A DNA stretch of 64,000 bases, taken from positions 1 through 64,000 of the forward strand of contig CAZBPC010000005.1 in NCBI GenBank assembly GCA_964493715.1. Reading direction: 5' to 3'. Below are positions 9,335 to 18,888 of this stretch, one piece after another. The translations under genes were made by a program, and so were the position numbers. This DNA comes from an uncultured archaeon (lineage in GTDB: Archaea; Asgardarchaeota; Lokiarchaeia; Sigyniarchaeales; SOKP01). Position 1 is the first letter of the stretch. Every line of letters begins with the position of its first letter. Under the pieces are notes generated by a model that worked only from the letters and a program-made list of their open reading frames with translations, had not been told where the DNA came from and ran no database searches.

Positions 9335-10489
9335 TTAGGTAAGATCTTGTTCCAGGAAATGTGAAACTAAAGTAGTTTTTATATTTTCAAAATGACCTAA
9401 ATTTACTTTTTGAATATTATTTAGAGTGTCCGTTAATCCAACTTCCTCAATTTCTTTCGTTAATTTGAAATAAGGACTCTTCTTAATTTCTTTGATTAAC
9501 GCTTTGTTGTTTTGTATACCGCCCAATAGATTCTCAGTACATTTTATATCTTCAATATCCAAGATTCTTTGAATTATTGCTAATAACATTGTATCAAAGG
9601 TAACTCTTAATACTATCTCCCTATCAAACTCTCTCTTCTTAGGAAATAAATAATCTTTGAGTAAGGAGATCGATTCCTTAAAGAGTTCTATGGAGTTCAT
9701 TCCCAGGTTTTTTAATTTTTCATCATGCTCTGGAATATTTGTTGCAAATAAACAGATCGCAGATATTGTTTGGTATTCTGCAACAAAATGGATGAACCTT
9801 GCTTTTGCGTTAAGCATGGTATCTTTATCTTCTTCTTCATTTAAAAGATCACTTAAATTATCAAGCGCTTTCTTAAAATAAGAGGCGACATCATAGAACT
9901 TTTTTGATGCTGCTTCGAATTCTTTGTTTGCAATTAAAAATTGACCCCGTTTTTCTTCTTCTTGATAAAGTTCAAAAAATTTATTATGTCTCATTACCGC
10001 TTTGAAAATTAATTGCTTTCCTAATTCTTTGGTTTGTAATGCTCGTTCATAAGATTGTCCAGCTTTAAGTAAAAGGATTGATGCTAAGTTCAGAAATTCC
10101 TCAGGATCAGATCGATATAAATAATCAGAAGCTTGATTCCAACTCTCACCAGCAGTCTCCCAATCATTCATTTTAAAAGATATATTTCCTAAATTAATTA
10201 ATAATTTAGCTGAAATTTCGAATAACTTTAGTTCGTCTGTTTTTCTAATGATTGATTTTAATCGATATACTGCTTGAATGTTATTTTTAAATTTTAAGAT
10301 TATGGATGTTATTCGGATGAATATTTCATCCAATTTAATGTAACTTCCAAGATCTAAGTATATTTGTGCTGCTTCTTCATATAGATTAATCGCTTCATCT
10401 CCTTTTCCTCGATCAGCTAGATTTTCGGCTTGATCAATAAGTTTTATTGCTTTTATTTCTTGTTCTTCTTTATCTTCTTCATTAAACAT
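9335..10489 (-). CDS. All-helical TPR / alpha-SNAP-like repeat protein
   Basis: Repeated helical hairpins AINLYEEAAQIY, AGESWNQASDY, ASKKFYDVASYF. Confidence 0.6.
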   Translation of the reverse strand: MFNEEDKEEQEIKAIKLIDQAENLADRGKGDEAINLYEEAAQIYLDLGSYIKLDEIFIRITSIILKFKNNIQAVYRLKSIIRKTDELKLFEISAKLLINLGNISFKMNDWETAGESWNQASDYLYRSDPEEFLNLASILLLKAGQSYERALQTKELGKQLIFKAVMRHNKFFELYQEEEKRGQFLIANKEFEAASKKFYDVASYFKKALDNLSDLLNEEEDKDTMLNAKARFIHFVAEYQTISAICLFATNIPEHDEKLKNLGMNSIELFKESISLLKDYLFPKKREFDREIVLRVTFDTMLLAIIQRILDIEDIKCTENLLGGIQNNKALIKEIKKSPYFKLTKEIEEVGLTDTLNNIQKVNLGHFENIKTTLVSHFLEQDLT

Positions 10490-10632
10490 TCGTTATAACC
10501 TCTAGAATCAATTATTGCGATAATTATTATATTACAAGGCAATTCTCAAATAATTTCTGAATTAACTTAAGCTATATTTATTTTAAGAAAATAGCTTTAT
10601 TTATACTTTAGTTAATGGATTAAGTATGAATT

Positions 10633-11520
10633 TTATCCATTATTTAATGATCCAAACAATCGAATATTATGTTCAGCAACAGTTTTTTTGAATTCAAATG
10701 CTTGATAGGCCGAAGTAAAAGATTCAGTTGCGTCTTCTATTGGGCCATAGAAAATGAAATTCGAAAACCAACTAGCAATGAACATGATGCTTGCTCTTCT
10801 GTATTTAGTGTGGAATTTTATGTTTAATCGAGGAGAAGAGTATTTGAATAGAAATAGATTTGAGGCTGTACCAACGGGTAATTTAAGTGATGTTGATATT
10901 AATTGTTGAGTTTCCAATATATGTGCTAAACTTTCAAGATCTATTACACCTCCATCAATCCAAATCCTCTCGATACCTAATTTTTTCAAACCTTCGATTA
11001 TATCTACATTATTAGGTTGATTTTTTTCCGTGATATATCCATATCTTTGAGTTGAAGTCATGTTTGGTGAAGTTAACATTAAAACAACTATAGTTTGAAT
11101 CTTGTACTTTTTAAGAATTTCCATTTCAGTTTCATTTTTTAAATTCGAAATTGCATTATATATGATTTCTGTTGATTTTAATCCTCTTTCAAAAAGATAT
11201 TCAAGTCCTGATAATCGAGCTTCAAAAGTTCCTCCTAGAACAATTGGAGGATCAAAATGATCAAGATAAAATTCAAGATATTTCAACATTGCTTCAGGAG
11301 TTTCAGCTGAAATTTCTAATAATGCGGGGATTTTATACTGGTTCGCTAAAGCTTGTTGCTTTAAAATCCGTTTTTTCGCTTTTTCAATATTAAACTTTAT
11401 TGGATCATCTCGCTCTACTAGAGTTTGCCCTTGATAGAACATGGTTCCTATCAACACAGGGGGGAAATGGAAATTTCCATATCCCATTTTAATGTTTCCA
11501 TATTCATAAAAATCTGACAT
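10633..11520 (-). CDS. MtrH-family pterin methyltransferase (stand-alone)
   Basis: PPVLIGTMFYQGQ.LV, IYNAI, LPVGTASN, FYGPIE match MtrH-family patterns. Confidence 0.75.
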   Translation of the reverse strand: MSDFYEYGNIKMGYGNFHFPPVLIGTMFYQGQTLVERDDPIKFNIEKAKKRILKQQALANQYKIPALLEISAETPEAMLKYLEFYLDHFDPPIVLGGTFEARLSGLEYLFERGLKSTEIIYNAISNLKNETEMEILKKYKIQTIVVLMLTSPNMTSTQRYGYITEKNQPNNVDIIEGLKKLGIERIWIDGGVIDLESLAHILETQQLISTSLKLPVGTASNLFLFKYSSPRLNIKFHTKYRRASIMFIASWFSNFIFYGPIEDATESFTSAYQAFEFKKTVAEHNIRLFGSLNNG

Positions 11521-11619
11521 GATATTGGCTTTTAACTCACAATTCTAATATTATAATGGTTTCTTAAAAAACAAAGGTTCATTCTTTACCAAAATTAGTT
11601 TATCGATGTTATTAATACT

Positions 11620-12804
11620 TTATAACTTTAAAAAGGATTCGCAACTTTTGCATTGCCCATTTTTTAATTCTCCAAAGCAATGTTCATGATAAAGCGTTCC
11701 ACAATTCCCACATTTCACAATTCTTTGTCCATCATCAAAGATTAAATTACAAACTGGACATGAGCTGAACATTGCATCTGAATTGAATTTAACTATTTCA
11801 GCATCGTATTGTTGTGGACCTTGAGGTTGCTCTCTAGACTGAATACTTGGTCTTGATAAGTTTTTAAATTTTTGAATTTGTGTAACTTCTGTGGGGATTT
11901 TCAACAAATAGAAACAATGAGGACATCTCACAGCTCCAGCTCGTCTCATTTTGGCATCTTTTTGTGAATCTGCCCAACCTGCTAAACAATGAATATGATA
12001 TGGGGTTTGACAGCTTGGACAATATCTCCCACTTACGTAAAAAGAACTTTTAGTGTATGGATTTGTGTCTGAAAAACAGATAGAACATTTTTTATAATCT
12101 GCTAACCCTCTCATTTGTAGCAGTCGTTGTTCCTGATCTTTTGTCAAATCTTGAACTCTTAATAAGTCAGCTGCAATTTTTCTTAGAAATACTGAATTTT
12201 CTATCAGAGATCCTAAGCTTCCACCATAAGTTTTAATATTTGATACTGCAAGATCATGTGCTGATTGAAGTAATGATTCAGCATCATTATTATAGTAATA
12301 TTTCCCTCCAGTAATATCGCTGATTTTCTTTAAGATATTATTGGCTGATAATTCTCCCAAACGAAAGGAATCAATTTTGATTTTTAACCCTTGAGCCAGT
12401 CTTGCCATTTTAATAGGATCGATCGCCATTTTGGAGTATATTCCATCAGTTATAAGGAGGATGCGTGGAGTTTTGGCTGCAATTTTCCTTAATTCAGTAA
12501 TGATCATTTTTATTGATAAGCCAAGAGCTTCACCCATTGATGAATTTCCAGAAAACTCTAAATTTTCTAGGATTTCATAGAGTTCTTCTTTAATGTTAGT
12601 AAATTCTATTAATTTTTTAGGTTTCGATGAAAATTTCACAATCGCAAAAAAGCTATTCGGATCAGCTGCTAATCTTTCACTGATTAATTTTTTTATAGCA
12701 TCCACACTTACTTGTAGTCGATTTGGTCTATAGTCTGTCCTAACCATAGATCTAGACGTATCTATACAAATTACAATGTTTTCTGGAACTCGTTCAGCAG
12801 ACAA
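11620..12804 (-). CDS. VWA domain protein with two C-terminal C4HC3 RING-like zinc fingers (Ssl1/p44- or Rpn10-like N-terminus)
   Basis: IDTSRSMVRTDYRPNRL, LITDG; CSIC..CPSC...HIHC..CPHC and CPVC..CGNC...HEHC..CKSC. Confidence 0.8.
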   Translation of the reverse strand: MSAERVPENIVICIDTSRSMVRTDYRPNRLQVSVDAIKKLISERLAADPNSFFAIVKFSSKPKKLIEFTNIKEELYEILENLEFSGNSSMGEALGLSIKMIITELRKIAAKTPRILLITDGIYSKMAIDPIKMARLAQGLKIKIDSFRLGELSANNILKKISDITGGKYYYNNDAESLLQSAHDLAVSNIKTYGGSLGSLIENSVFLRKIAADLLRVQDLTKDQEQRLLQMRGLADYKKCSICFSDTNPYTKSSFYVSGRYCPSCQTPYHIHCLAGWADSQKDAKMRRAGAVRCPHCFYLLKIPTEVTQIQKFKNLSRPSIQSREQPQGPQQYDAEIVKFNSDAMFSSCPVCNLIFDDGQRIVKCGNCGTLYHEHCFGELKNGQCKSCESFLKL

Positions 12805-12986
12805 TGTTCACTAACCTAAACCTCAAGTAATCGAGGGTCTATGAATAATTCTAATTTTTATATGTAACAAAAAGAATAAATAATTATGGTTTTTTAAAAA
12901 ACTATAATTTTATAAATCAGAAGTTTCATATTAAATAAAACCCTTTTCAATTAGTTGGTTTTTTGTATAGACTAATTTGAATTCTT

Positions 12987-14207
12987 GTGCGATGTTTCAT
13001 GTCAAATAATGAGATGAAGAATGTAAAAGTTAAAGATTTCTTCAAGAGTTCGGTCTTGATTAATGAGCTTGAAGAAGCGTTAGAGTTTAAACCCGATACT
13101 CTAATTGGAGTAGACCAAATATCATCTAACAAATTAGAAGAACATCAGATCAAATCCATCGAAGATCTATCGAAAATAACTGAAGATAATCTTCCAGATA
13201 TCAAGGGAATTCCATCACAAATCCTTTCAAAATGGGTTAAAATTGCTAAAGTTGTAGTTAAATCTATAAAAGAACAGATGAAATCACATAAAAAACTCCT
13301 AATGATTGGTTTAGATAATGGAGGAAAAAGCTCTATCTTAGCAGTATTACAGGATAAATTTTCGATCATCAAATCCTTGTTACCTACGAGAGGTGTAAAG
13401 CGAGAAAAATTAGATTTTTTCGGTTATCCGATCATCTCTTGGGACTTAGGAGGACAAGTTCAATACAGAGAAAAATTATATTTTAATAGACCAGAATTAT
13501 TCTTCACTGATGCAGATTTAGTATTATATGTCATTGATACAAAAGATTCTGACCGCTTTGCTGAAGCTGCTAATTATTATAGGCAGGTGTTAAAATCTCT
13601 CCATGAATTAAATGAAGACCCACCCGTGTTAGTTGTTCTTAGCAAGAGTGATCAAGATTTTCGAAGAACCATGGAATGGGAAAATAATGTTAAAGCTGTT
13701 AAGAACAAGTTTAATCAGATTTCTAATGAATTTGGTAATATTAAAGTTGATTATGCTGATACTACCATTTACCAAAAAGAGACCATTATGCAAATGTTTA
13801 GTGAAGCACTAAAGAAAGTATCTGAAACTTCTGAAATTATTGAAAATATTTTAGAAGATTTCACGGGCACAATTAAAGGAAAGGCTTCTAGCTTGATTTC
13901 TATGGATGGTTTGATTTTTGGTACTTACACTTCAACTGACGTTGATGAGGCTTTACTAAATAATACCGCTTTACTTTTACAGACACTATCTAATTTCCAC
14001 AATTCCATAGGTTTAATACGTGAAAGTATCATAACTCTTGAATTTCCATTGAATGGTTTTACAATTCGAGGAGAAAAGCTATTTGAATATTCTGAATTGA
14101 ATATCCCTGTGTATCTATGGTTTCTTTCTGAAAATCCTCAGCTACTACATGATAAAATTGGTTATTTCAAGAAAGAATTACTACCTCTAATCAACCTGTT
14201 CATCTGA
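12987..14207 (+). CDS. HhH-like domain + Arf/Rag-like GTPase + C-terminal roadblock-like domain
   Basis: GLDNGGKS, PTRG, WDLGGQ, SKSD; C-terminal ASSLISMDGLIFG roadblock pattern; N-terminal LIGVDQISSNKL..IKSIEDL HhH-like segment. Confidence 0.8.
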   Translation: MRCFMSNNEMKNVKVKDFFKSSVLINELEEALEFKPDTLIGVDQISSNKLEEHQIKSIEDLSKITEDNLPDIKGIPSQILSKWVKIAKVVVKSIKEQMKSHKKLLMIGLDNGGKSSILAVLQDKFSIIKSLLPTRGVKREKLDFFGYPIISWDLGGQVQYREKLYFNRPELFFTDADLVLYVIDTKDSDRFAEAANYYRQVLKSLHELNEDPPVLVVLSKSDQDFRRTMEWENNVKAVKNKFNQISNEFGNIKVDYADTTIYQKETIMQMFSEALKKVSETSEIIENILEDFTGTIKGKASSLISMDGLIFGTYTSTDVDEALLNNTALLLQTLSNFHNSIGLIRESIITLEFPLNGFTIRGEKLFEYSELNIPVYLWFLSENPQLLHDKIGYFKKELLPLINLFI

Positions 14208-14240
14208 AGAATTTTTTATTAAAATATTTAAAACTTACTT

Positions 14241-14459
14241 TTATTTAATATGATCTATTACTGAAAGCAAGTGTTTACTGCACGTGTCTATTGACTCAAT
14301 AGCTTTATTCAAATCTTCAACGACGGATTTTAGTTGCATTTCATTTGCGATATCCCGCCATTTTACAAAACTTTCCTTATGAGATTCATTGTGATTTGCC
14401 CAATGTTCACATAATTTAGCTAATTTTTCCTTTTGTTTATCTACCATAATAACATTCAA
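14241..14459 (-). CDS. Small helical His-motif protein, possibly metal-binding
   Basis: EHWANHNESH motif; directly downstream of cdhA on the same strand. Confidence 0.65.
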   Translation of the reverse strand: MNVIMVDKQKEKLAKLCEHWANHNESHKESFVKWRDIANEMQLKSVVEDLNKAIESIDTCSKHLLSVIDHIK

Positions 14460-14558
14460 AATTTTTAGTAATTATATTTAGTGAAATTATTTATTTAAGA
14501 TAAATATAAAATAAAAAGTTAAAAAATAGAAAATAATAGTAAAGAATAGGATTAATGA

Positions 14559-16922
14559 TTAAGTTCTACATAATCTCTTGATTAAAGTTGGATCTACTAT
14601 ATCGCGTGGTTGCCAATCTTTTTGCTTAAGGTACTCGTGAATTTCCTCTTTCATGTTGATAGGAATATCTGTTTCTACACGAATATACTTTTCTAAGTCA
14701 TTTGGTAAATCGATACCTTTATACTTTCGTTCCAAGTCAATCCAGTGAGATAATTTAATCATTCTACCTTTTGAATTATCCGCTGGACGTATGGCTAATT
14801 TCGCAACTAAGCATATAGCTTGTTCTATTGATTCAGCAGTTGTAAGTAAATGTTCTGGGGCGGGTCCTACTAATTGATCTGGTGTTCCATCTCTTGCATT
14901 AAAAACTTTCCAAGTTTCATCATCATCTGACCGTCCAATATACATTCTTCGGTATTCTGCAGCATGTGGTCCAACTACCGCGGGAATTCCTAAACCATTA
15001 GCTCCAGAAGCGATACTTGCTGCTTTTTGAGACATTGCACCCCAAGCTACGCCTACAGCACCTACTCGATTCAAAATATAATCCGCAATCTCTTCAAAAT
15101 TACCTCTTAAAGGTCTTCTTGCAAAAATATTTGCTACCTTGCAAGCTGCACCCGTAATGTGAGGATTAGATACGCATGAACCAACATTGACCAATCCTCC
15201 TCTATCAAAGTCTCCCGGAAATCGATCGTATAATGTTTTTCCTTCTTCATTTTTAACGAGTCCAATATCCATTGCCCCACATCCAGAAACAACTACAATG
15301 TAATTTCGGATAAGGAATTCCTCTGCCATCTTGTATAATTCTTGTATTTCTTTGCCATAACTAGCACATCCAATTATTGCAACTATTCCCGGTATTTCTC
15401 CAAGTACAATCGGAGCTCCAACATTTCTTATTTCAGTATCTTGTATAGGTCCTCTCCCAACTCTAACATTAAAGGTTTCATTTCTTATTTTATCCCGACC
15501 AGCAAACATTAAGAGCGTTAATGGAGAAACATTTTTCATGCAATCTGCCTCACATCTACCACAATCTAAACAAGTGTCAAAAGCATCTGCTAGTACAGAA
15601 AAATCACCTTCTTTGGCAAGTCTCACGCCTTCTACGAGAGGGAGATCATTAGGACAATTTCTCTGACAGTTACCGCATCCATTGCAATTATAAGCCATAT
15701 CAATGCAACCTTGTTTATCTGGAACTCCACTTTTACCTTTTCTAATTGGTTTTACTTTAATTGCAGTTTCTGCTGCTACTGTTCCCGCTTTTATTGGATC
15801 TAAGATCAACACTCCCGGAACTCTACCACTAACCAAATCATCAATAATCTCCTCGGCAGGATCGTCAGTTCTGTCTGGTAAACCACCCATATTTTTCTCA
15901 TTTGTAGCAATAAACGGAGATCCTACAAGTTGGGCTTGTTCAAAACTTCGGAGGTTTACACATTGCTCATCTACCATAACTACATCTGCTAATCCTGAGC
16001 GGATAAAGTGCATCTGTCTTGACATTGAACCAATTACTTTAGCACCATCATAATATCTTGTTAAATCATGCGCTGTGCAGCAAATTGCCCCAACATCAAG
16101 TTTATCATCTATACCTTTTTCTCTCATATAATCTACAAGTTCGATGCCGGGTGCTACGTTATGTCCAATCATCAATATCGTTGCTTTATTTTCTACATCC
16201 ATCGTTCCCATACCTAACTCGACAATAGGAACATCTGCTTCACCCATTGGAAAACCATATGCTGCGATTTGAACAGCATCAGCTATTTCCATACCTACCT
16301 CATCAGCTAATCCCGCTACAAAACTTTTATTTTCATAATCCTTGTAATTTGATTCTTGACCAGTGTGCCCAGCAGCTAAAACATGCGTAATGGTGTAATG
16401 TACCCATTCCATTGCAGTCTCTAAATCTTCTAATGTTTCTGGTTTCATCCCCACAAGCAGCCTTGTTAGTGGCATTTCAACGGCAATATTGTTTCCGAAG
16501 TTGATCGGTATGTTTCCGTATTTTTCTTTTAACCAGTGGAGTAGATGATCACCATGAGCACTATGACAAGCAGCTCCAATAGCACAAGCAATTTGGACTA
16601 TCCTTGCTTGTTGAGTCTCCATGTTTATACCACAAGCACCAGTTCGCCCTTTGGAAAGATTACATTTACCGTATGTACATAAACAACACATATCACATAT
16701 GGGCATATAATAGGGTTTGTATCTATCCATTAATTTGAAGAACCAGGGACGTAACGTCGGTATGTGAGGTTTTGGAGTCGGTCCCATCACTTCCCATTCC
16801 GTTTCGTCGCCTTCACTAATAAATTTTCCTGCAGTGAACTCGAATCCCTTGACTTTTCCTAGTGGACCTGAATAAGAGTCAACTTTTAGTTTGACGCCTT
16901 TTTCATTCATTTTTTTTTTCAC
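14559..16922 (-). CDS. cdhA: CO dehydrogenase/acetyl-CoA synthase complex alpha subunit
   Basis: CDMCCLCTYGKC, ACHSAH, GHN, ICCTAHD, DEQC, two ferredoxin motifs (CNGCGNC, CLDCGRC), VGSCVSN, WGAMSQKA. Confidence 0.96.
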   Translation of the reverse strand: MKKKMNEKGVKLKVDSYSGPLGKVKGFEFTAGKFISEGDETEWEVMGPTPKPHIPTLRPWFFKLMDRYKPYYMPICDMCCLCTYGKCNLSKGRTGACGINMETQQARIVQIACAIGAACHSAHGDHLLHWLKEKYGNIPINFGNNIAVEMPLTRLLVGMKPETLEDLETAMEWVHYTITHVLAAGHTGQESNYKDYENKSFVAGLADEVGMEIADAVQIAAYGFPMGEADVPIVELGMGTMDVENKATILMIGHNVAPGIELVDYMREKGIDDKLDVGAICCTAHDLTRYYDGAKVIGSMSRQMHFIRSGLADVVMVDEQCVNLRSFEQAQLVGSPFIATNEKNMGGLPDRTDDPAEEIIDDLVSGRVPGVLILDPIKAGTVAAETAIKVKPIRKGKSGVPDKQGCIDMAYNCNGCGNCQRNCPNDLPLVEGVRLAKEGDFSVLADAFDTCLDCGRCEADCMKNVSPLTLLMFAGRDKIRNETFNVRVGRGPIQDTEIRNVGAPIVLGEIPGIVAIIGCASYGKEIQELYKMAEEFLIRNYIVVVSGCGAMDIGLVKNEEGKTLYDRFPGDFDRGGLVNVGSCVSNPHITGAACKVANIFARRPLRGNFEEIADYILNRVGAVGVAWGAMSQKAASIASGANGLGIPAVVGPHAAEYRRMYIGRSDDDETWKVFNARDGTPDQLVGPAPEHLLTTAESIEQAICLVAKLAIRPADNSKGRMIKLSHWIDLERKYKGIDLPNDLEKYIRVETDIPINMKEEIHEYLKQKDWQPRDIVDPTLIKRLCRT

Positions 16923-17049
16923 ATTTTTTAGTTGATAATTGATTAATATTCATAATTTTAAATTACTATAAGTGAAATTATTAATGCTTATATTTTAAAT
17001 TTTATAATTACTTTTAACAGCCAGAAAGCAATGTTATTTTTAGAAAATA

Positions 17050-17067
17050 AGTGTGAACCTTCACACT
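17050..17067. promoter_or_regulatory. Perfect palindrome AGTGTGAA-CC-TTCACACT upstream of cdhA
   Basis: 8-bp inverted arms with a 2-nt spacer, about 130 bp before the cdhA start. Confidence 0.55.
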
Positions 17068-17175
17068 AAGTAATTACTTTATGAAAAGAAATATCTGTTT
17101 AAAAGTGAGAGCATTGCGGGATTTTATCAAAAATATTCCATTAGATTTTTTATGATCTAAAGTGATCATTAAAAT

Positions 17176-17781
17176 TCAGAGAGAGGCTAAAAATTCAGTT
17201 ACAGTTTCCTCTGAAGAATCAGCATCAACTAAATCATCGCCAATTTCTTCTCCAACGAAGTCAAATTTAAAGGAACATTTTTCACCACCAGTTAAAATGC
17301 ACTCAATTTCTTTGCCATCTGTCTCAATTCCGAGCACGCTCAAGAATCCCGTGAAGATACCAAGATACAAGATGCATAAGTTTTTCGCCATAATATTTTC
17401 TTTTTCTTCTTGTGCTAGTGATCCATACACGTTAATCAGAATATGATCTTTTTTGAAGAAGCCTACAAATGCGCCATAACCCATGAGCATCAATGCCTCT
17501 AAAGTTCCAAGAACCACTTCTTTCTTTACAGCCATTGACTCAGTACTCCAATCCTTGTGATAAAAGAATTGTTCCATAAAACTCTTTCCGAGAGTTTTCC
17601 CAACCCAACTTAGGATATCTTCCGCGTTTGTACCGGTGAACTCACAAAATTCCATAATTTCATTAGGTCGAAGCATTACTAAGCGCATGTTTTTCTTTTT
17701 ATCACCTAAGAATAAATGTCCATCTTTCTCTTCGATATTGATATTCAAATCTTTTTTTAATCTTTTTGACATTGTGAGCAT
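17176..17781 (-). CDS. V4R domain protein (Bet3/TRAPP-related fold)
   Basis: GKTLGKSF, MGYG, LCILYLGIFTG, EIECILTGGEKCSF V4R signature. Confidence 0.8.
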   Translation of the reverse strand: MLTMSKRLKKDLNINIEEKDGHLFLGDKKKNMRLVMLRPNEIMEFCEFTGTNAEDILSWVGKTLGKSFMEQFFYHKDWSTESMAVKKEVVLGTLEALMLMGYGAFVGFFKKDHILINVYGSLAQEEKENIMAKNLCILYLGIFTGFLSVLGIETDGKEIECILTGGEKCSFKFDFVGEEIGDDLVDADSSEETVTEFLASL

Positions 17782-17883
17782 CTACTCGGTTTTTTATAGT
17801 ATTTATCTCAATTATTATAATAGAAATTTAATCTTTTAGATTTATAAATTTAATCTTTAAATTAGGATTGAAACTAAAAAAAC

Positions 17884-18888
17884 CTATTTTGAATTTACTT
17901 TAACTGAGTTAAAAAGAGTGTTCATGACTTCATTCATGTTATAATTAGTCTTTACAGATGTAAAAAAGAAAAAATAATCTCGATCATTAATTCTGTCAAA
18001 TTCAAAAAAATCAACTATTTCTTGTTTTGTCCTAAATAGAGTGTTATCTTGTTCTTCAGGTTTTTTGATTAAATCAGATTTATTTCCTAGAATTATTAAC
18101 GGGATTCCAGAAGAGTCGTGTTTATTCATAAAGTTCCATAATTCTCTTTTAGATTCTTCAAATCGCAATTGGTTTGCAACATCTATCATGTATATAATGA
18201 CATTGGAATCTTGGATACCCTTAAACCATTTTTCTCTAAATGCGCGTTGTCCTGGCATATCCCAGACTGCTAAATATCCGTTTTGCTTTTGAACATACTC
18301 AATATTAAATTTTCGGTTTGGAGTGAAGTAATTATCAATGAAATCTCCTGTTTTAATTCGACGTACAAATGAAGTTTTACCAACATCATCAATACCAAAT
18401 AAAAATACTTTTATGAAAATCCCTGTCGGTTTGAAAGAGATTTCAGGGGTTTTTTCCACAAATTCATCTCCATATCTTCTAATATCTATAAAAAGAGTTA
18501 TTAAAAAATTTTCAATCTCCAATTCGTCTTCAAACTTACAAGATCTTTCTGTATTAAGCATTTCATTTGATAAATCTTCAAAAATCTCTTTATAATCATA
18601 AGGGTTATCATCTTTCTCAAAAATTAATCCAATTATCATTTTTGAATTAATACAAGACGTATAAACATTTAGACCATCAATAACTTGAGGAACAGGACGA
18701 TCTAGAGAAAAATGGTTTAAATCGCATGTTTTTTTCTGATTTGAAGAGTCATAATCATGCCCAATAATAACTTTTCTTACAAAATCTGAGCAACCATTCG
18801 TTAAGATATCATCTGGATAACTAAAGATATCTAGGGAATTCAAATCATGAAAATTATTACCTTTTAATAAAAAGATATTGGATAACAA
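17884..18888 (-). CDS. Small GTPase (Arf-like) with N-terminal longin/uDENN-like domain
   Basis: GIDDVGKTS, WDMPGQ, GNKSD, TSVK; about 150-aa N-terminal alpha/beta domain (FSYP, IIGLIFEKDDNPY). Confidence 0.8.
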   Translation of the reverse strand: MLSNIFLLKGNNFHDLNSLDIFSYPDDILTNGCSDFVRKVIIGHDYDSSNQKKTCDLNHFSLDRPVPQVIDGLNVYTSCINSKMIIGLIFEKDDNPYDYKEIFEDLSNEMLNTERSCKFEDELEIENFLITLFIDIRRYGDEFVEKTPEISFKPTGIFIKVFLFGIDDVGKTSFVRRIKTGDFIDNYFTPNRKFNIEYVQKQNGYLAVWDMPGQRAFREKWFKGIQDSNVIIYMIDVANQLRFEESKRELWNFMNKHDSSGIPLIILGNKSDLIKKPEEQDNTLFRTKQEIVDFFEFDRINDRDYFFFFTSVKTNYNMNEVMNTLFNSVKVNSK

